DNA of 64,000 nucleotides, taken from positions 64,001-128,000 of the forward strand of contig CAWHDZ010000008.1 of the NCBI GenBank assembly GCA_963828255.1. The letters run 5' to 3'. Positions within the stretch are counted from its first letter, which is position 1; the number at the start of each line of letters is the position of its first letter. Origin of the DNA: an uncultured delta proteobacterium (GTDB lineage Bacteria > Myxococcota > Myxococcia > Myxococcales > Anaeromyxobacteraceae). Of this stretch, positions 32,205 through 44,337 are shown one piece after another. A program made the translations under genes and the position numbers. A model generated the notes under the pieces. It made no database searches and was not told the origin of the DNA. It saw nothing but the letters and a program-made list of their open reading frames with translations.

Positions 32205-33160
32205 CTCCTGGCCCCGGCCTGCGACGCCATCCAGACCTCGAGCCCCTGCGCGTTGAGGTCGAGGTCGGCGGCGAAGGCCTGGAGCGCCTCCTCCCGCGTC
32301 CCCTTCCAGCCGCGCCGCGAGAGGAGCCCGACGAGCTGCCCGGCCAGGCCGGCCCGGATGGTGGCCTGCCGCCCCGGCCCCTCCGGCGCGGCGCGGGCGA
32401 CGGCGACGTGGCCGTCCACGGCCTCGAGCATGGCCGCGGCCGCCTCGGGGATCTTCCCCTCGATCATGCCGTAGTGGGTGAGGTACATCCGCTCCGGCCT
32501 CTCGGCGAGCATGCGCTCGACCGAGGAGCGCAGCGCGGGCGGGTCGAACTGCACCGGGGTCGTGGTGGGGTACATGAACGGACCGCTCGCGTCGTCGAAC
32601 TCCCGGTAGGAGATGCCGAAGGTGTCTCCGGTGAAGAAGCCGCGGGTGGCCGGGTCGTGCACGACGAAGTGGTGCTTCGCGTGCCCCGGCGCGTCGAGCA
32701 TGCGAAGCGTCCGGCCGCCCAGCTCGACCACCGCTCCCTCCGGCGCCTCGACGACCCGCCCGGCCGGCGCCGGCAGGACGTCCCCGTAGAGCCGGCGGAT
32801 GGCCTCCATGCCGCCGTAGACCTCGGCCGCTCCGGCCAGCAGCTTCGAGGGATCGATCATGTGGCGGGCGCCGCGCGGGTGGACGACGAGCCTCGCCTGC
32901 GGAAGCCGGGCCAGCAACGCCCCGGCCCCGGCCGCGTGGTCGAGGTGCACGTGGGTCACGATCACGTGGGTCACCGCCCCGGGCGCGATCCCGTGGGCGG
33001 AGAGCGCCGCCATCACGTGCGGAACGCTGTGGGCCGTGCCGGTCTCGACGACCGCAGCGCCCGACCCGCCCCTCACGATCCAGGCGGCGGCGACCCCGGG
33101 GCGCACGTAGCCGGTGTCCACCAGGATCACTCCTGGTGCGACCTCCCGCGGGGGCGCCAT
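32201..33160 (-). CDS. MBL-fold metallo-hydrolase
   Basis: THVHLDHAAGAG, HPRGARH, PGHAKHH, FTGD, LTHYG; GGAGGTGA SD. Confidence 0.88.
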   Translation of the reverse strand: MAPPREVAPGVILVDTGYVRPGVAAAWIVRGGSGAAVVETGTAHSVPHVMAALSAHGIAPGAVTHVIVTHVHLDHAAGAGALLARLPQARLVVHPRGARHMIDPSKLLAGAAEVYGGMEAIRRLYGDVLPAPAGRVVEAPEGAVVELGGRTLRMLDAPGHAKHHFVVHDPATRGFFTGDTFGISYREFDDASGPFMYPTTTPVQFDPPALRSSVERMLAERPERMYLTHYGMIEGKIPEAAAAMLEAVDGHVAVARAAPEGPGRQATIRAGLAGQLVGLLSRRGWKGTREEALQAFAADLDLNAQGLEVWMASQAGARS

Positions 33161-33168
33161 GGCCGCGC

Positions 33169-35358
<2,190 letters not shown>

Positions 35359-35416
35359 GGTGTCCTCCGGATGGGGCGGTGCGTGCGAAATCCTAGCCGA
35401 AAGGTGGGGCGCGCGC

Positions 35417-35445
35417 TTGACTGCCCCCGTCGCCGGACCCAGCTT
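35417..35445 (+). promoter_or_regulatory. Candidate sigma70-type promoter
   Basis: TTGACT-17 nt-CAGCTT, ending 7 nt before the GTG start at 35453. Confidence 0.35.
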
Positions 35446-35452
35446 CGGGTGC

Positions 35453-35728
35453 GTGCTCCGCGACGACTACGTCATGCGCCTGGTGCGGCAGCTGGCCGAC
35501 GCCCTGGCCCGCATCTCCGGCCTCCGGAAGGCGGGGCTCCTCGAGCAGGCGGGGGCCGAGCTCGACGCCGCCTTCGCTGGCCTGGGCGGCATCGACCCGC
35601 TGCTCGCCCGGGACGGCGACGCGGCGTTCCTCCTCTCCCTGGTGCAGGATCCTTCCCGGCGCGAGGCGATGGCCCGGCTCCTCGAGGAGCGGGAGGCCCT
35701 GCGCGCCGCCCGCTCCGCCAACCGCTGA
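35453..35728 (+). CDS. Small helical hypothetical protein (DUF6483-like)
   Basis: N-terminal RDDYVMRLVRQLADALARI resembles this family; normal codon usage. Confidence 0.6.
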   Translation: MLRDDYVMRLVRQLADALARISGLRKAGLLEQAGAELDAAFAGLGGIDPLLARDGDAAFLLSLVQDPSRREAMARLLEEREALRAARSANR

Positions 35729-35731
35729 TTG

Positions 35732-36568
35732 TCACCCCAGGTGAATGTCGCGATCGATTCCCCGGAGGGCCTCGAGGGCGCCTTCCGGGATGGAGAGGTG
35801 CGGGGCCCGGATGTCGGCCTCGCGCGGGTTCACCCGGATCACCGTCGCGCCGGGCCTGCGCCCCAGCCGCTCGGAGAGGTGGCGGATGGTGGCCACCGCG
35901 GTCCCGGCGCCCAGTTCCAGGACCACGAGCCCCTCCTCGCCGTGCTCGTCGAGGAAGGCCTCGAGACGGCGGGCCTGCGCGCTCGACCGGCCGGGCAGCC
36001 AGGCCCCGTCGCCGAACATGAGGATGTTGGGGCGGGCCACCCGCCGGCAGTTCCGGCAGCCGGGCAGGTGTCCGGCCCGCATGGTCGCGCCGTCCACCGG
36101 CACCTCCTCGCGGCACTCCCAGATCTCGTCGCTGCAGGGCGCCGTGCACTGGAGGTGGTGGATGGACCCGTGGACCTCGTGGACCGACGCGGGGTCGAAG
36201 CCTGCCTTCTGGAACTGTCCATCCACGTTGGAGGTCACGGCGAATCCGGGGATCCCCAGTCCGGCCATCCAGGCCCGGAGGATGCGGTACCCGTCGTGGG
36301 GAACCGTTTCCCGGTAGAGGTGGAGCCGGTGGCCGTAGAAGCCCCAGCCGAAGGCCGGGTCCTCGTCGAAGTGGTCGGGGTTGGCGGCGTCCACGAAGGA
36401 GAGCCCGAGCCGCTCGTAGGCCGGATAGGCCTTCCAGAACCCCGAGTCGCCCCGGAAGTCGGGGAGCCCGGAATCGACACCCATTCCGGCCCCGGTCGCC
36501 ACCACGAGCGCACGGGCTCCGCGGATCGCGGCCGCCGCCCGGGCATGGCTCTCCTCGTTGCCGACCAT
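35732..36568 (-). CDS. Sir2 family NAD-dependent deacylase
   Basis: TGAGMGVDSGLPDFRG, TSNVD, HGS, Zn-site cysteines, RPNILMFGD, ELGAGTAV, RVNP. Confidence 0.9.
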   Translation of the reverse strand: MVGNEESHARAAAAIRGARALVVATGAGMGVDSGLPDFRGDSGFWKAYPAYERLGLSFVDAANPDHFDEDPAFGWGFYGHRLHLYRETVPHDGYRILRAWMAGLGIPGFAVTSNVDGQFQKAGFDPASVHEVHGSIHHLQCTAPCSDEIWECREEVPVDGATMRAGHLPGCRNCRRVARPNILMFGDGAWLPGRSSAQARRLEAFLDEHGEEGLVVLELGAGTAVATIRHLSERLGRRPGATVIRVNPREADIRAPHLSIPEGALEALRGIDRDIHLG

Positions 36569-36662
36569 CCTGGCGCCGAGGAGAGCACCTCCCAACTTCG
36601 CTGGCAAACCGCCCGGGGTCCGGGCAATATCCGCCCCTTCCCCTAGACGCCGGAGAAGAACC

Positions 36663-37148
36663 TTGAAGATCGCGAACGGAACGGTGGTGGCCCTCGAGTA
36701 CAAGCTCCACCTGGGCGACGGGGACGTCATCGACGCCTCCGAGCCGGGCAGCCCGCTCTATTACATCCAGGGCGAGGGAAACATCGTTCCGGGCCTCGAG
36801 CGGGCGCTCGAGGGGCTCGGGAAGGACGACACGCGGCAGGTGATCGTCTCCGCCGAGGACGGCTACGGCCCGCACGACCCCCAGGGCGTCCAGGACGTCC
36901 CCAACGATGCCTTCGGGGGGGAGCTTCCCGAGGTGGGGAACCAGTACACCGCCCGTGGGCCGGAGGGCGAGGTGGTCCCCTTCGTTGTGCGGGAGCTCAA
37001 GCCCGGCTTCGTGGTGGTGGACCTGAACCATCCGCTCGCCGGCAAGACCCTCCACTTCGACGTGGCCATCCGCGAGGTCCGCGAGGCCACCGACGAGGAG
37101 AAGGAGCACCGCCACGTGCACGGCCCGGGCGGGCAGCACCACCACTGA
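36663..37148 (+). CDS. slyD: FKBP-type peptidyl-prolyl isomerase, SlyD-like
   Basis: VVALEYKL, NIVPGLERAL, VDLNHPLAGKTLHF, His-rich tail; TTG start. Confidence 0.92.
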   Translation: MKIANGTVVALEYKLHLGDGDVIDASEPGSPLYYIQGEGNIVPGLERALEGLGKDDTRQVIVSAEDGYGPHDPQGVQDVPNDAFGGELPEVGNQYTARGPEGEVVPFVVRELKPGFVVVDLNHPLAGKTLHFDVAIREVREATDEEKEHRHVHGPGGQHHH

Positions 37149-37232
37149 CGGACCCGGTGCCGGAGCGAGGCTGGCCGTCACACCCCGATCGAGCCTCCCT
37201 CGACCGGCCGTCGCGGCGTTACAAGGATCTGC

Positions 37233-37787
37233 ATGAACTCCTTCCGCTTGGCCGTCGCCCTCCCGCTGCTGGCAGCTCTCTCCCTCCCGGCGCCGGCCCT
37301 GGCCGCCGACGACCCGGCCGCCGCCGTCAAGAAGGCCGAGGCAGCGGTCGCGCTCTTCAAGAAGACCGACCCGTCGATCGAGAAGTTCTTCGGGAAGTCG
37401 GCGGGCTGGGCGGTCTTTCCCTCCGTCGCCAAGGGCGCCATCGGCATCGGCGGGGCCGGTGGCAGCGGCGTGCTCTTCGAGAGGGGTGGCAAGGCCATCG
37501 GCAAGACCTCCCTCGCCCAGGTCACGATCGGCCTCGCGCTCGGCGGGCAGGAGTACGCCGAGATCATCTTCTTCGAGAACGACCTGGCGCTGACCAGCTT
37601 CAAGGGCGGCAACTTCGCGCTGGCGGCGCAGGTGAGCGCGGTCGCGGCGGCCTCCGGCGCGGCGGCCACCGCCAAGTACAGCCAGGGCGTGGCCGTCTTC
37701 ACCATCGCCATCGGCGGGCTCATGTACGAGGCCAGCGTGGGCGGCCAGAAGTTCGGCTTCGAGCCCTACGGCGCGAAGAAGAAGTAA
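37233..37787 (+). CDS. YSC84/SYLF lipid-binding domain protein, secreted
   Basis: AVFPSVAKGAIGIGGAGGSGVL, IGLALGGQ, GGLMYEASVGGQKF. Confidence 0.85.
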   Translation: MNSFRLAVALPLLAALSLPAPALAADDPAAAVKKAEAAVALFKKTDPSIEKFFGKSAGWAVFPSVAKGAIGIGGAGGSGVLFERGGKAIGKTSLAQVTIGLALGGQEYAEIIFFENDLALTSFKGGNFALAAQVSAVAAASGAAATAKYSQGVAVFTIAIGGLMYEASVGGQKFGFEPYGAKKK

Positions 37788-37789
37788 CG

Positions 37790-39151
37790 GTGCGTCCCGG
37801 CGTCCTGGTCATCGCGGCCCTCGTCGCCGCACCCCTCGTGGCCCGCCCCGAGGTGCCCCCCGAGGTCCCCGCCGGAGCGGCGCCGGCGGCGGTCGCGGTC
37901 CCCTGCGCGTGCAGCGAAGACTGCGTGCTCGCGGTCCGGTACGGCAGCGTCTGCGTGGAAGGCAGCTGCACGCCCTACGAGGACGGCTGGAGCCTCCTCG
38001 ACTGGCTCGGCCTGGCCCGGGAGGAGAAGGGCCCCCCCGCACCCTTCGTGCTCCTCCCCGCCATCCTCCCCGCCATCGGCTACAACCCGGCCATGGGGGC
38101 GCTCTTCGGCGTCACCGGAACGCTGGGGATGTATCTGGGGCCCCTCGCGTCCACGACCATCTCCAGCCTGCAGGGGGTGGCCCTCTACTCCACGATGAAC
38201 CAGCTCACCATCCAGGTCTCCACGCAGGTGCTCACCGCGCGCAACGAGTGGGAGCTCCAGGGGGACTGGCGCTTCCTCCTCTTCAACCAGAAGACCTACG
38301 GCCTCGGAACCGGACCCCAGGCCATGTCGGCCCCGGGCATGGTCCAGGACTTCAACCTGGTCCGGATCCACGAGACCGTGCTCCGCAAGGTCTGGGGCGA
38401 GCTCTACATGGGGCTCGGCTACCGGCTCGACAGCCATTACGGCGTGGAGGACAGGGGCATGGACCTGGCGGGGCCGGCGCCGCTCGTGAGCCCCGGGTAC
38501 GCCTACAGCATTGCCTACGGCTTCAACCCGGCGCAGGGCGTGGTCTCGGGCGGGACGCTCGCCGCCCTCTACGACAGCCGCGACTCCACCATCGACCCGT
38601 ACCGTGGATTCTACGGGTGGGCCAGCTTCACCGTGAACCCCACGTGGCTCGGCTCCTCGCAGCCGAGCACCAGCATGGAGGCGCAGTTCCGCACCTACCT
38701 CCCGCTTTCCGGCGACGTGCCGCGCAACGTCCTGGGGATCTGGCTCTACTACCGGGGCGTCACCTCCGGCGCGGCGCCGTACCTGACGCTCCCGTCCACC
38801 GGCTGGGACCAGAAGAACCGGACCGGGCGCGGCTACGTCCAGGGGCGCTGGCGCGGCACCCAGGAAATCTACGGCGAGGTGGAGTGGCGCTTCCGGATCA
38901 CCAGCAACGGCCTGCTCGGCGGGGTGGTCTTCGCGAACGCCCAGACCTTCGCGGCGCCGGCCTTCCAGGCCAGCGGCCCGGGGTGGAGCTACGCGAGCGA
39001 GAGGGTCGGGCTCCTCCAGTTCATCCGACCGGCCGGGGGCCTGGGCCTGCGCTTCATGATGAACCGCGACTCGCGGACCAACATCGCCCTCGACTTCGCC
39101 TTCGGGGAGAGCTCGTTCGGCGTCTGGTTCAACGCAGGGGAGTACTTCTAG
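37790..39151 (+). CDS. BamA/TamA (Omp85)-like outer membrane barrel without POTRA domains
   Basis: LPAIGYNPAMG, YDSRDSTIDPYRG, GRGYVQGRWRG lid-type motif, GLGLRF, terminal GEYF. Confidence 0.78.
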   Translation: MRPGVLVIAALVAAPLVARPEVPPEVPAGAAPAAVAVPCACSEDCVLAVRYGSVCVEGSCTPYEDGWSLLDWLGLAREEKGPPAPFVLLPAILPAIGYNPAMGALFGVTGTLGMYLGPLASTTISSLQGVALYSTMNQLTIQVSTQVLTARNEWELQGDWRFLLFNQKTYGLGTGPQAMSAPGMVQDFNLVRIHETVLRKVWGELYMGLGYRLDSHYGVEDRGMDLAGPAPLVSPGYAYSIAYGFNPAQGVVSGGTLAALYDSRDSTIDPYRGFYGWASFTVNPTWLGSSQPSTSMEAQFRTYLPLSGDVPRNVLGIWLYYRGVTSGAAPYLTLPSTGWDQKNRTGRGYVQGRWRGTQEIYGEVEWRFRITSNGLLGGVVFANAQTFAAPAFQASGPGWSYASERVGLLQFIRPAGGLGLRFMMNRDSRTNIALDFAFGESSFGVWFNAGEYF

Positions 39152-39834
39152 CCTCCCGCCGGCACCTTGCGCTTCCGGCCGCCGTAGCGCCCGTCCGCCG
39201 ACGCCTGCGCGACGTGGGAGGGAACCACGTAGGCCAGCACGAGCCGCAGGATCTGCTCCTCGAGGCGCCCCGAGGCGACCAGGTCCGGACGGTCCAGGGT
39301 GGCCCGGTTCACGAGCCCCTCCACCGCGGCGACCAGCACGAAGGCGGCCATCCGGGCGTCCTGCACCTCGATGCGCTCGGCGTTCTCGAGGAGCCAGGAC
39401 TCCACCAGCAGCTCGTAGTTCCCGAAGAGCTCGTGGAGCCGCCGCAGCGCGCCGATGCGCGGCACCTGCTCCACCAGCACCCGGTGCAGCCTGGGCTCGG
39501 CCTGCTGCGCCGCCAGCATGGCCCGGATCATCTCGGTGGCGACGTCCTCGGCGGTGGCCGCCGGCGGCGCGTTCTTCATGCGCTCGGCGATGTTCTCCTG
39601 CATCCGCGAGGCGTGCTGCTCCATCACCGCGGCGACCAGCGCCTCCTTGCCGGGGAAGTACTGGTAGAGCGAGCCCACGCTCACCCCGGCCTCCTTGGCC
39701 ACCCGGTTCGTGGAGAGCGCGTCGTACCCGTCGCGGACCAGGACGCTCGCGGTGGCGACGACGATCGCGTCCACGGTGGCGCGGGACCGTTGCTGGGTCG
39801 GGGACTTGCGGGGAGCCGTCCTGATACGAGCCAA
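39148..39834 (-). CDS. TetR/AcrR family transcriptional regulator
   Basis: PRKSPTQQRSRATV...STNRVAKEAGVSVGSLYQYFPGK HTH; start TTG 39834 (alternative ATG 39843). Confidence 0.92.
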   Translation of the reverse strand: MARIRTAPRKSPTQQRSRATVDAIVVATASVLVRDGYDALSTNRVAKEAGVSVGSLYQYFPGKEALVAAVMEQHASRMQENIAERMKNAPPAATAEDVATEMIRAMLAAQQAEPRLHRVLVEQVPRIGALRRLHELFGNYELLVESWLLENAERIEVQDARMAAFVLVAAVEGLVNRATLDRPDLVASGRLEEQILRLVLAYVVPSHVAQASADGRYGGRKRKVPAGG

Positions 39835-39847
39835 GGCTCGCATTCTA

Positions 39848-41842
39848 CTAGAACTGGACCTGCCCGCCCATCTCCACCACCCGGTTGGGCGGCAGGCCGA
39901 AGAAGGCGCTGGCGGGCTGGGCATTCCGGGCCAGGATGATGAAGAGCCGCTTTCGCCAGCGCGGCATCCTGGACGGCCCGTCGGGGAGCAGGGTTTCCCG
40001 CCCCAGGTAGTAGGAGGTCTCCATCACCGCGTTCTCGAGCCGGGGCCCGGGGATGGCGAGAGGAGGCAGGGCGGCCAGCAGGGCCGGCACGTTGGGCGTC
40101 TCCATGAACCCGTACCGGCCCACGATCTGGTGGATGCCGTTGCCCAGGCTCCGGACCGTGATCCGGTCGGCCGGGCTCACCGTCGGGATCTCCTCCGTCC
40201 CGATCGACACGATGAGCACCCGCTCGTGCAGCACCTTGTTGTGCTTCAGGTGGTGGAGCAGGACGCCGGGCGTGCCGTTGGGATCGGAGGTCATGAAGAC
40301 CGCCGTGCCGGGAATGCGGTGGGGCGGGTGGCGCTCCAGGTCGGGGAGGAAGAGGTCGAGCGGCAGCGTCGTCCCCGCCACCGATCTCGCGAGCGCCTCG
40401 CGCCCACGCTTCCAGGTGGAGAGCAGCGCGAAGATGACGGCGCCCATCACCAGCGGGAACCAGCCACCCTCCGTCACCTTGACCAGGTTCGCCGAGAGGA
40501 AGGTGAGGTCCACTCCCAGGAAGAGCCCGGTGAGCGGCCAGACCGCCCATCGGGACCAACGCCAGCGATCGCGGGCCACCCTGTGAAGGAGGATGGTGGT
40601 GATGGTCATCGTCCCGGTGACGGCGATGCCGTAGGCGGCGGCCAGGTTGCTCGAGGAGCCGAAGCCGAGCACCAGCGAAACCGTGGCCGCGGCGAGGAGC
40701 CAGTTCACCTCGGGGATGTAGATCTGGCCGTACTCGGTGCTGGAGGTGTGGCGGACGGTGAGGCGTGGCGCATAGCCGAGCTGGATGGCCTGGTTGGTGA
40801 TGGAGAAGGCCCCGGAGATGAGGGCCTGCGAGGCCACGATCGCGGCGGCGGTGGCGATGGCCACCATGGGCCAGAGCCCCCAGGAGGGAACGGACTCGTA
40901 GAACGGGTTCGCCACGTCGCCCGGGTGCCGGAGCAGGAAGGCGCCCTGCCCCATGTAGTTGAGGAGGAGCGCCGGCATGGCCACCGTGTACCAGGCCATG
41001 CGGATGGGGCGCTTCCCGAAGTGGCCCATGTCGGCGTAGAGCGCCTCGGCGCCGGTGAGAACCAGCACCACGCTCCCCAGCACGAAGAATCCGGCCCCGC
41101 GGTTGCGCACGAAGAACTCGTAGGCGTGAACCGGGGAGATGCAGCGGAGCACGCCCGGCTCCTGCCAGATGTTCCAGGCGCCGATGGCGGCGATGCTCGT
41201 GAACCAGAGCAACATGATCGGCCCGAAGATGTTTCCCAGGCTGGCCGTTCCCCGCTTCTGGATGGCGAACAGCAGCACGAGAATGACCACGGTGACCGGA
41301 ACGACCGCGGGCTTCATGGCCGGCGTGACCACGATGAGCCCCTCCATGGCCCCGAGCACGCTGATGGCAGGCGTGATGACCCCGTCGCCGTAGAGCAGCG
41401 CCGTTCCGAAGAGGCCGAGCAGGAGCAGGGCCCTTCTCCCCCGCTTCGTGGTCTCGTGCTGCCCCACGAGCGCCATGAGCGCGAGCGTTCCACCCTCCCC
41501 ACGATTGTCGGCCCGCATGACGATGGAGAGGTACTTGAAGGCGACGACGAGGGTGATTGCCCAGAAGACGAGCGAGAGGATCCCGAGCACGTTCGCCGGC
41601 GTGAGCGGGATCCCGTGGGAGCCGTGAAAGCTCTCCTTGAGCGCGTAGAGCGGGCTCGTCCCGATGTCGCCGTAGGCCACCCCGAGCGCAGCCAGCGCGA
41701 GACCGGCCACGGCGCTGTTCGACTTCGCGCTGGCCTCGTGGCCATGCTGGGGGGGGGTTTGTGACGGGTCGGTCAGTCTCGGGCTCCCGATCGGCGGGGA
41801 CAGGGTTATCCGATCCCGCGTCGGCGGTCGAGAGGAGGCCAC
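39848..41842 (-). CDS. kup: KUP/HAK/KT potassium transporter
   Basis: GVAYGDIGTSPLY, ADNRGEGG, YGDGVITPAISVL, GAEALYADMGHFG, GQIYIP; true start uncertain (possibly near 41776). Confidence 0.95.
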   Translation of the reverse strand: MASSRPPTRDRITLSPPIGSPRLTDPSQTPPQHGHEASAKSNSAVAGLALAALGVAYGDIGTSPLYALKESFHGSHGIPLTPANVLGILSLVFWAITLVVAFKYLSIVMRADNRGEGGTLALMALVGQHETTKRGRRALLLLGLFGTALLYGDGVITPAISVLGAMEGLIVVTPAMKPAVVPVTVVILVLLFAIQKRGTASLGNIFGPIMLLWFTSIAAIGAWNIWQEPGVLRCISPVHAYEFFVRNRGAGFFVLGSVVLVLTGAEALYADMGHFGKRPIRMAWYTVAMPALLLNYMGQGAFLLRHPGDVANPFYESVPSWGLWPMVAIATAAAIVASQALISGAFSITNQAIQLGYAPRLTVRHTSSTEYGQIYIPEVNWLLAAATVSLVLGFGSSSNLAAAYGIAVTGTMTITTILLHRVARDRWRWSRWAVWPLTGLFLGVDLTFLSANLVKVTEGGWFPLVMGAVIFALLSTWKRGREALARSVAGTTLPLDLFLPDLERHPPHRIPGTAVFMTSDPNGTPGVLLHHLKHNKVLHERVLIVSIGTEEIPTVSPADRITVRSLGNGIHQIVGRYGFMETPNVPALLAALPPLAIPGPRLENAVMETSYYLGRETLLPDGPSRMPRWRKRLFIILARNAQPASAFFGLPPNRVVEMGGQVQF

Positions 41843-41862
41843 GTGCTACCTTGCCCCCCGCC

Positions 41863-43179
41863 ATGGAAACCGCCGAATTCCGACCGGAACCCACCGCGGC
41901 AGACGACCTCCGGGAAGCCTGGCTGCTCCTCGACTCCGCCGAGCGCTCCGAGGGGTTCGCCCGGCTCGCCCGGGCCGACGCCGACGACTTCTTCCTCGAG
42001 ATCTCGGCCCGCGACCAGTGGGATCTCCTCCTGGCGATGCCGGGCGCCGACAGGCGATCCTGGCTCCGGCTCCTCCCCCCCGACGACGCCGCCGACACGA
42101 TCCAGGCCGCGCCGGAGGAGGAGCGCACCCCGCTCCTCGCGCTCCTCGACGACCGCACCCGCAGCGATGTGACGGCGCTCCTCGCCTACGCCGAGGACGA
42201 CGCCGGCGGCCTGATGAGCACCCGCTTCGCGCGGCTGCGCCCCGACATGACGGTGGACGAGGCCATCGCCTACCTGCGCCGCCAGACCCGGGACACGGCC
42301 GAGACCATCTACGCCGTCTACGTGCTCGACCCCGAGCAGCGGCTGCTCGGGGTGATCTCCTTCCGCGAGCTCTTCGAGGCGGCCGGAAACCCCCGGGTCG
42401 GCGACATCATGCGCCGGGAGGTGGTCTCGGCCTCGGAGGACCTCGACCAGGAGCAGCTCGCCCAGCTCTTCCGGGAGAGCAACCTGCTCGCCATCCCGGT
42501 CGTCGATCCGGCGGGGCGGGTGAAGGGCGTGGTGACCGTGGACGACATCGTCGACGTGGTCACCGAGGCCGACACCGAGGACATGCAGAAGATGGGCGGC
42601 AGCGAGTCGCTGGGCGCCCCGTACGGCGAGATCGGCTTCTGGTCCATGTTCCGCAAGCGGGGCGGGTGGCTTTCCGCCCTCTTCCTCGGCGAGATGCTCA
42701 CCGCGACCGCCATGGCCGCCTACGAGGACCGGATCGCCCACGCCGTGGTGCTGGCCCTCTTCATCCCGCTCATCATCTCGAGCGGCGGCAACTCCGGGTC
42801 GCAGGCCACCACCATCATCATCCGCGCCATGTCGCTCGGCGAGGTGCGGGGGCGGGACGTGTGGCGGGTGGGGCTGCGGGAGGGGGCCACCGGTCTCGCG
42901 CTGGGCGGGCTCCTCGGCCTCATCGGCTCCGCGCGAATCGTCGCCTGGCAGGTGGCCTTCGGGAGCTACGGCGACCACTTCCGGCTGGTGGCGCTCACGG
43001 TGGGGATCTCGCTCGTGGGCGTGGTGCTCTTCGGGACGCTCATCGGGGCCACCCTGCCCTTCCTCCTCCGGCGCGTCGGCTTCGATCCGGCCAGCGCCTC
43101 GGCGCCGCTCGTGGCCACGGTGGTGGACGTGGCCGGGCTGGTCATCTACTTCTCGGTGGCCGGAGCGGTCGGATTCTGA
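41863..43179 (+). CDS. mgtE: Magnesium transporter
   Basis: N-domain, AGGLMS, CBS pair, SSGGNSGSQA, DPASASAPLVATVVD. Confidence 0.93.
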   Translation: METAEFRPEPTAADDLREAWLLLDSAERSEGFARLARADADDFFLEISARDQWDLLLAMPGADRRSWLRLLPPDDAADTIQAAPEEERTPLLALLDDRTRSDVTALLAYAEDDAGGLMSTRFARLRPDMTVDEAIAYLRRQTRDTAETIYAVYVLDPEQRLLGVISFRELFEAAGNPRVGDIMRREVVSASEDLDQEQLAQLFRESNLLAIPVVDPAGRVKGVVTVDDIVDVVTEADTEDMQKMGGSESLGAPYGEIGFWSMFRKRGGWLSALFLGEMLTATAMAAYEDRIAHAVVLALFIPLIISSGGNSGSQATTIIIRAMSLGEVRGRDVWRVGLREGATGLALGGLLGLIGSARIVAWQVAFGSYGDHFRLVALTVGISLVGVVLFGTLIGATLPFLLRRVGFDPASASAPLVATVVDVAGLVIYFSVAGAVGF

Positions 43180-43201
43180 CGCGGTCCTTGGTTCGCGCCG
43201 G

Positions 43202-43873
43202 TCAGAGGGAGAAGCTGCCCTTCACTCCGAGTTGCAGCCAGCCGTGGATCGCCCGGTTGGGGATGGCGATCTCCTGGGTGGCGCCGCCCGTGGACCTGGT
43301 GGCCCGGCTGAACTCGCCCACCGAGCCGGAAGCCCAGGGCCCCACCATCCACCCGGGGGCGACCTCGACGTCCCAGCCGCCCTGGAAGACCACGTACTCC
43401 ACCCCGCCCACGTCGAGCTTGATGGTGAAGTCCTGGCTCGAGTACTTCGTGAACATCCACTCCCAGCCGGTGCCCAGCCCCACCCACGGGCCGCCCTGGT
43501 CGCGGAAGGCGTAGGTGGCCTGCAGCCCCAGCCGCAGGCCGGTCACCGAGCAGGACTCGCCCACCTTGCAATGCGCGATCTGGAGCACGTCCCAGGCGTA
43601 GGACACGTAGGCGCCCACGAACCAGCGGCGGTGCACGGTGAGACCCACGTCCATCTGGATGGGGATGGACACGGCCACCATCTCGTCGATGAGGAGCGGG
43701 CCGCTGCCCGGGTCGGAGAGGACGCTCCCCATGGGGAAGGCCAGCGAGACCCTGGCCCCGACGGTGAAGCCCAGCACCGGGCCTTCCGGTTGCTCCGCCG
43801 AGGCGGGCAGGGCCAGGCCGGCGAGGAGGAGCGCGGCGGCGGCGAGCGCGGACCTGTGGGGCGTCGCCTTCAC
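43202..43873 (-). CDS. Outer membrane beta-barrel protein (8-strand OmpA-TM-like)
   Basis: Signal peptide, alternating hydrophobic strands, Cys pair in a loop, terminal GVKGSFSL. Confidence 0.7.
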   Translation of the reverse strand: MKATPHRSALAAAALLLAGLALPASAEQPEGPVLGFTVGARVSLAFPMGSVLSDPGSGPLLIDEMVAVSIPIQMDVGLTVHRRWFVGAYVSYAWDVLQIAHCKVGESCSVTGLRLGLQATYAFRDQGGPWVGLGTGWEWMFTKYSSQDFTIKLDVGGVEYVVFQGGWDVEVAPGWMVGPWASGSVGEFSRATRSTGGATQEIAIPNRAIHGWLQLGVKGSFSL

Positions 43874-44337
43874 CCCCCGAGCGTACCGCACAATCGCCGG
43901 ACCGCCTCGACCAGTTCGGCTGCGTCCACGGGCTTCAGGAGGCTGACCTCGGGCGAGAGGCCGGGGGCCTCGTCGTTGCCCACCCGGGAGAGGACGACGA
44001 CGGGCGCGCCCGTGCAGGCGGGCTCCTGCCGGAGGGAGGCGAAGGCCCTGCGGTCGGCGGGCGAGGCTCCCTCCAGGTCGAGGAGCAGGAGCCGGGGCGC
44101 GCACCCCTGCCGCACCGCCTCGACCGCCTCGGCGGCCGACTCCGCCTCGACGACGGTGTGGGCGCTGCGGCGGAGCACCCCGGCCATCCTCCCGCGGACC
44201 ACGTCGTCGGCGCTCGCGAGCAGGACGTCCACCGGGGAGGCCAGCGCGGTCTCCTCGGGGGTCGCGCCCGGGGCCGGGTCCTGGGCCGAGCCGGAGATCC
44301 GCCCGAGGACTCCTCCGGCGCGCGGCTCGTCGGTCAC
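43870..44337 (-). CDS. Single-domain response regulator receiver (atypical)
   Basis: LLLLD (phosphoacceptor Asp), PVVVLS, LLKPV; acidic pocket degenerate (ASADD). Confidence 0.7.
   Translation of the reverse strand: MTDEPRAGGVLGRISGSAQDPAPGATPEETALASPVDVLLASADDVVRGRMAGVLRRSAHTVVEAESAAEAVEAVRQGCAPRLLLLDLEGASPADRRAFASLRQEPACTGAPVVVLSRVGNDEAPGLSPEVSLLKPVDAAELVEAVRRLCGTLGG

Noticed and set aside
35732..36568. Sir2 protein as an anti-phage defence effector
   Set aside because: Standalone sirtuin with Zn-site cysteines among housekeeping genes; no defence partner genes nearby
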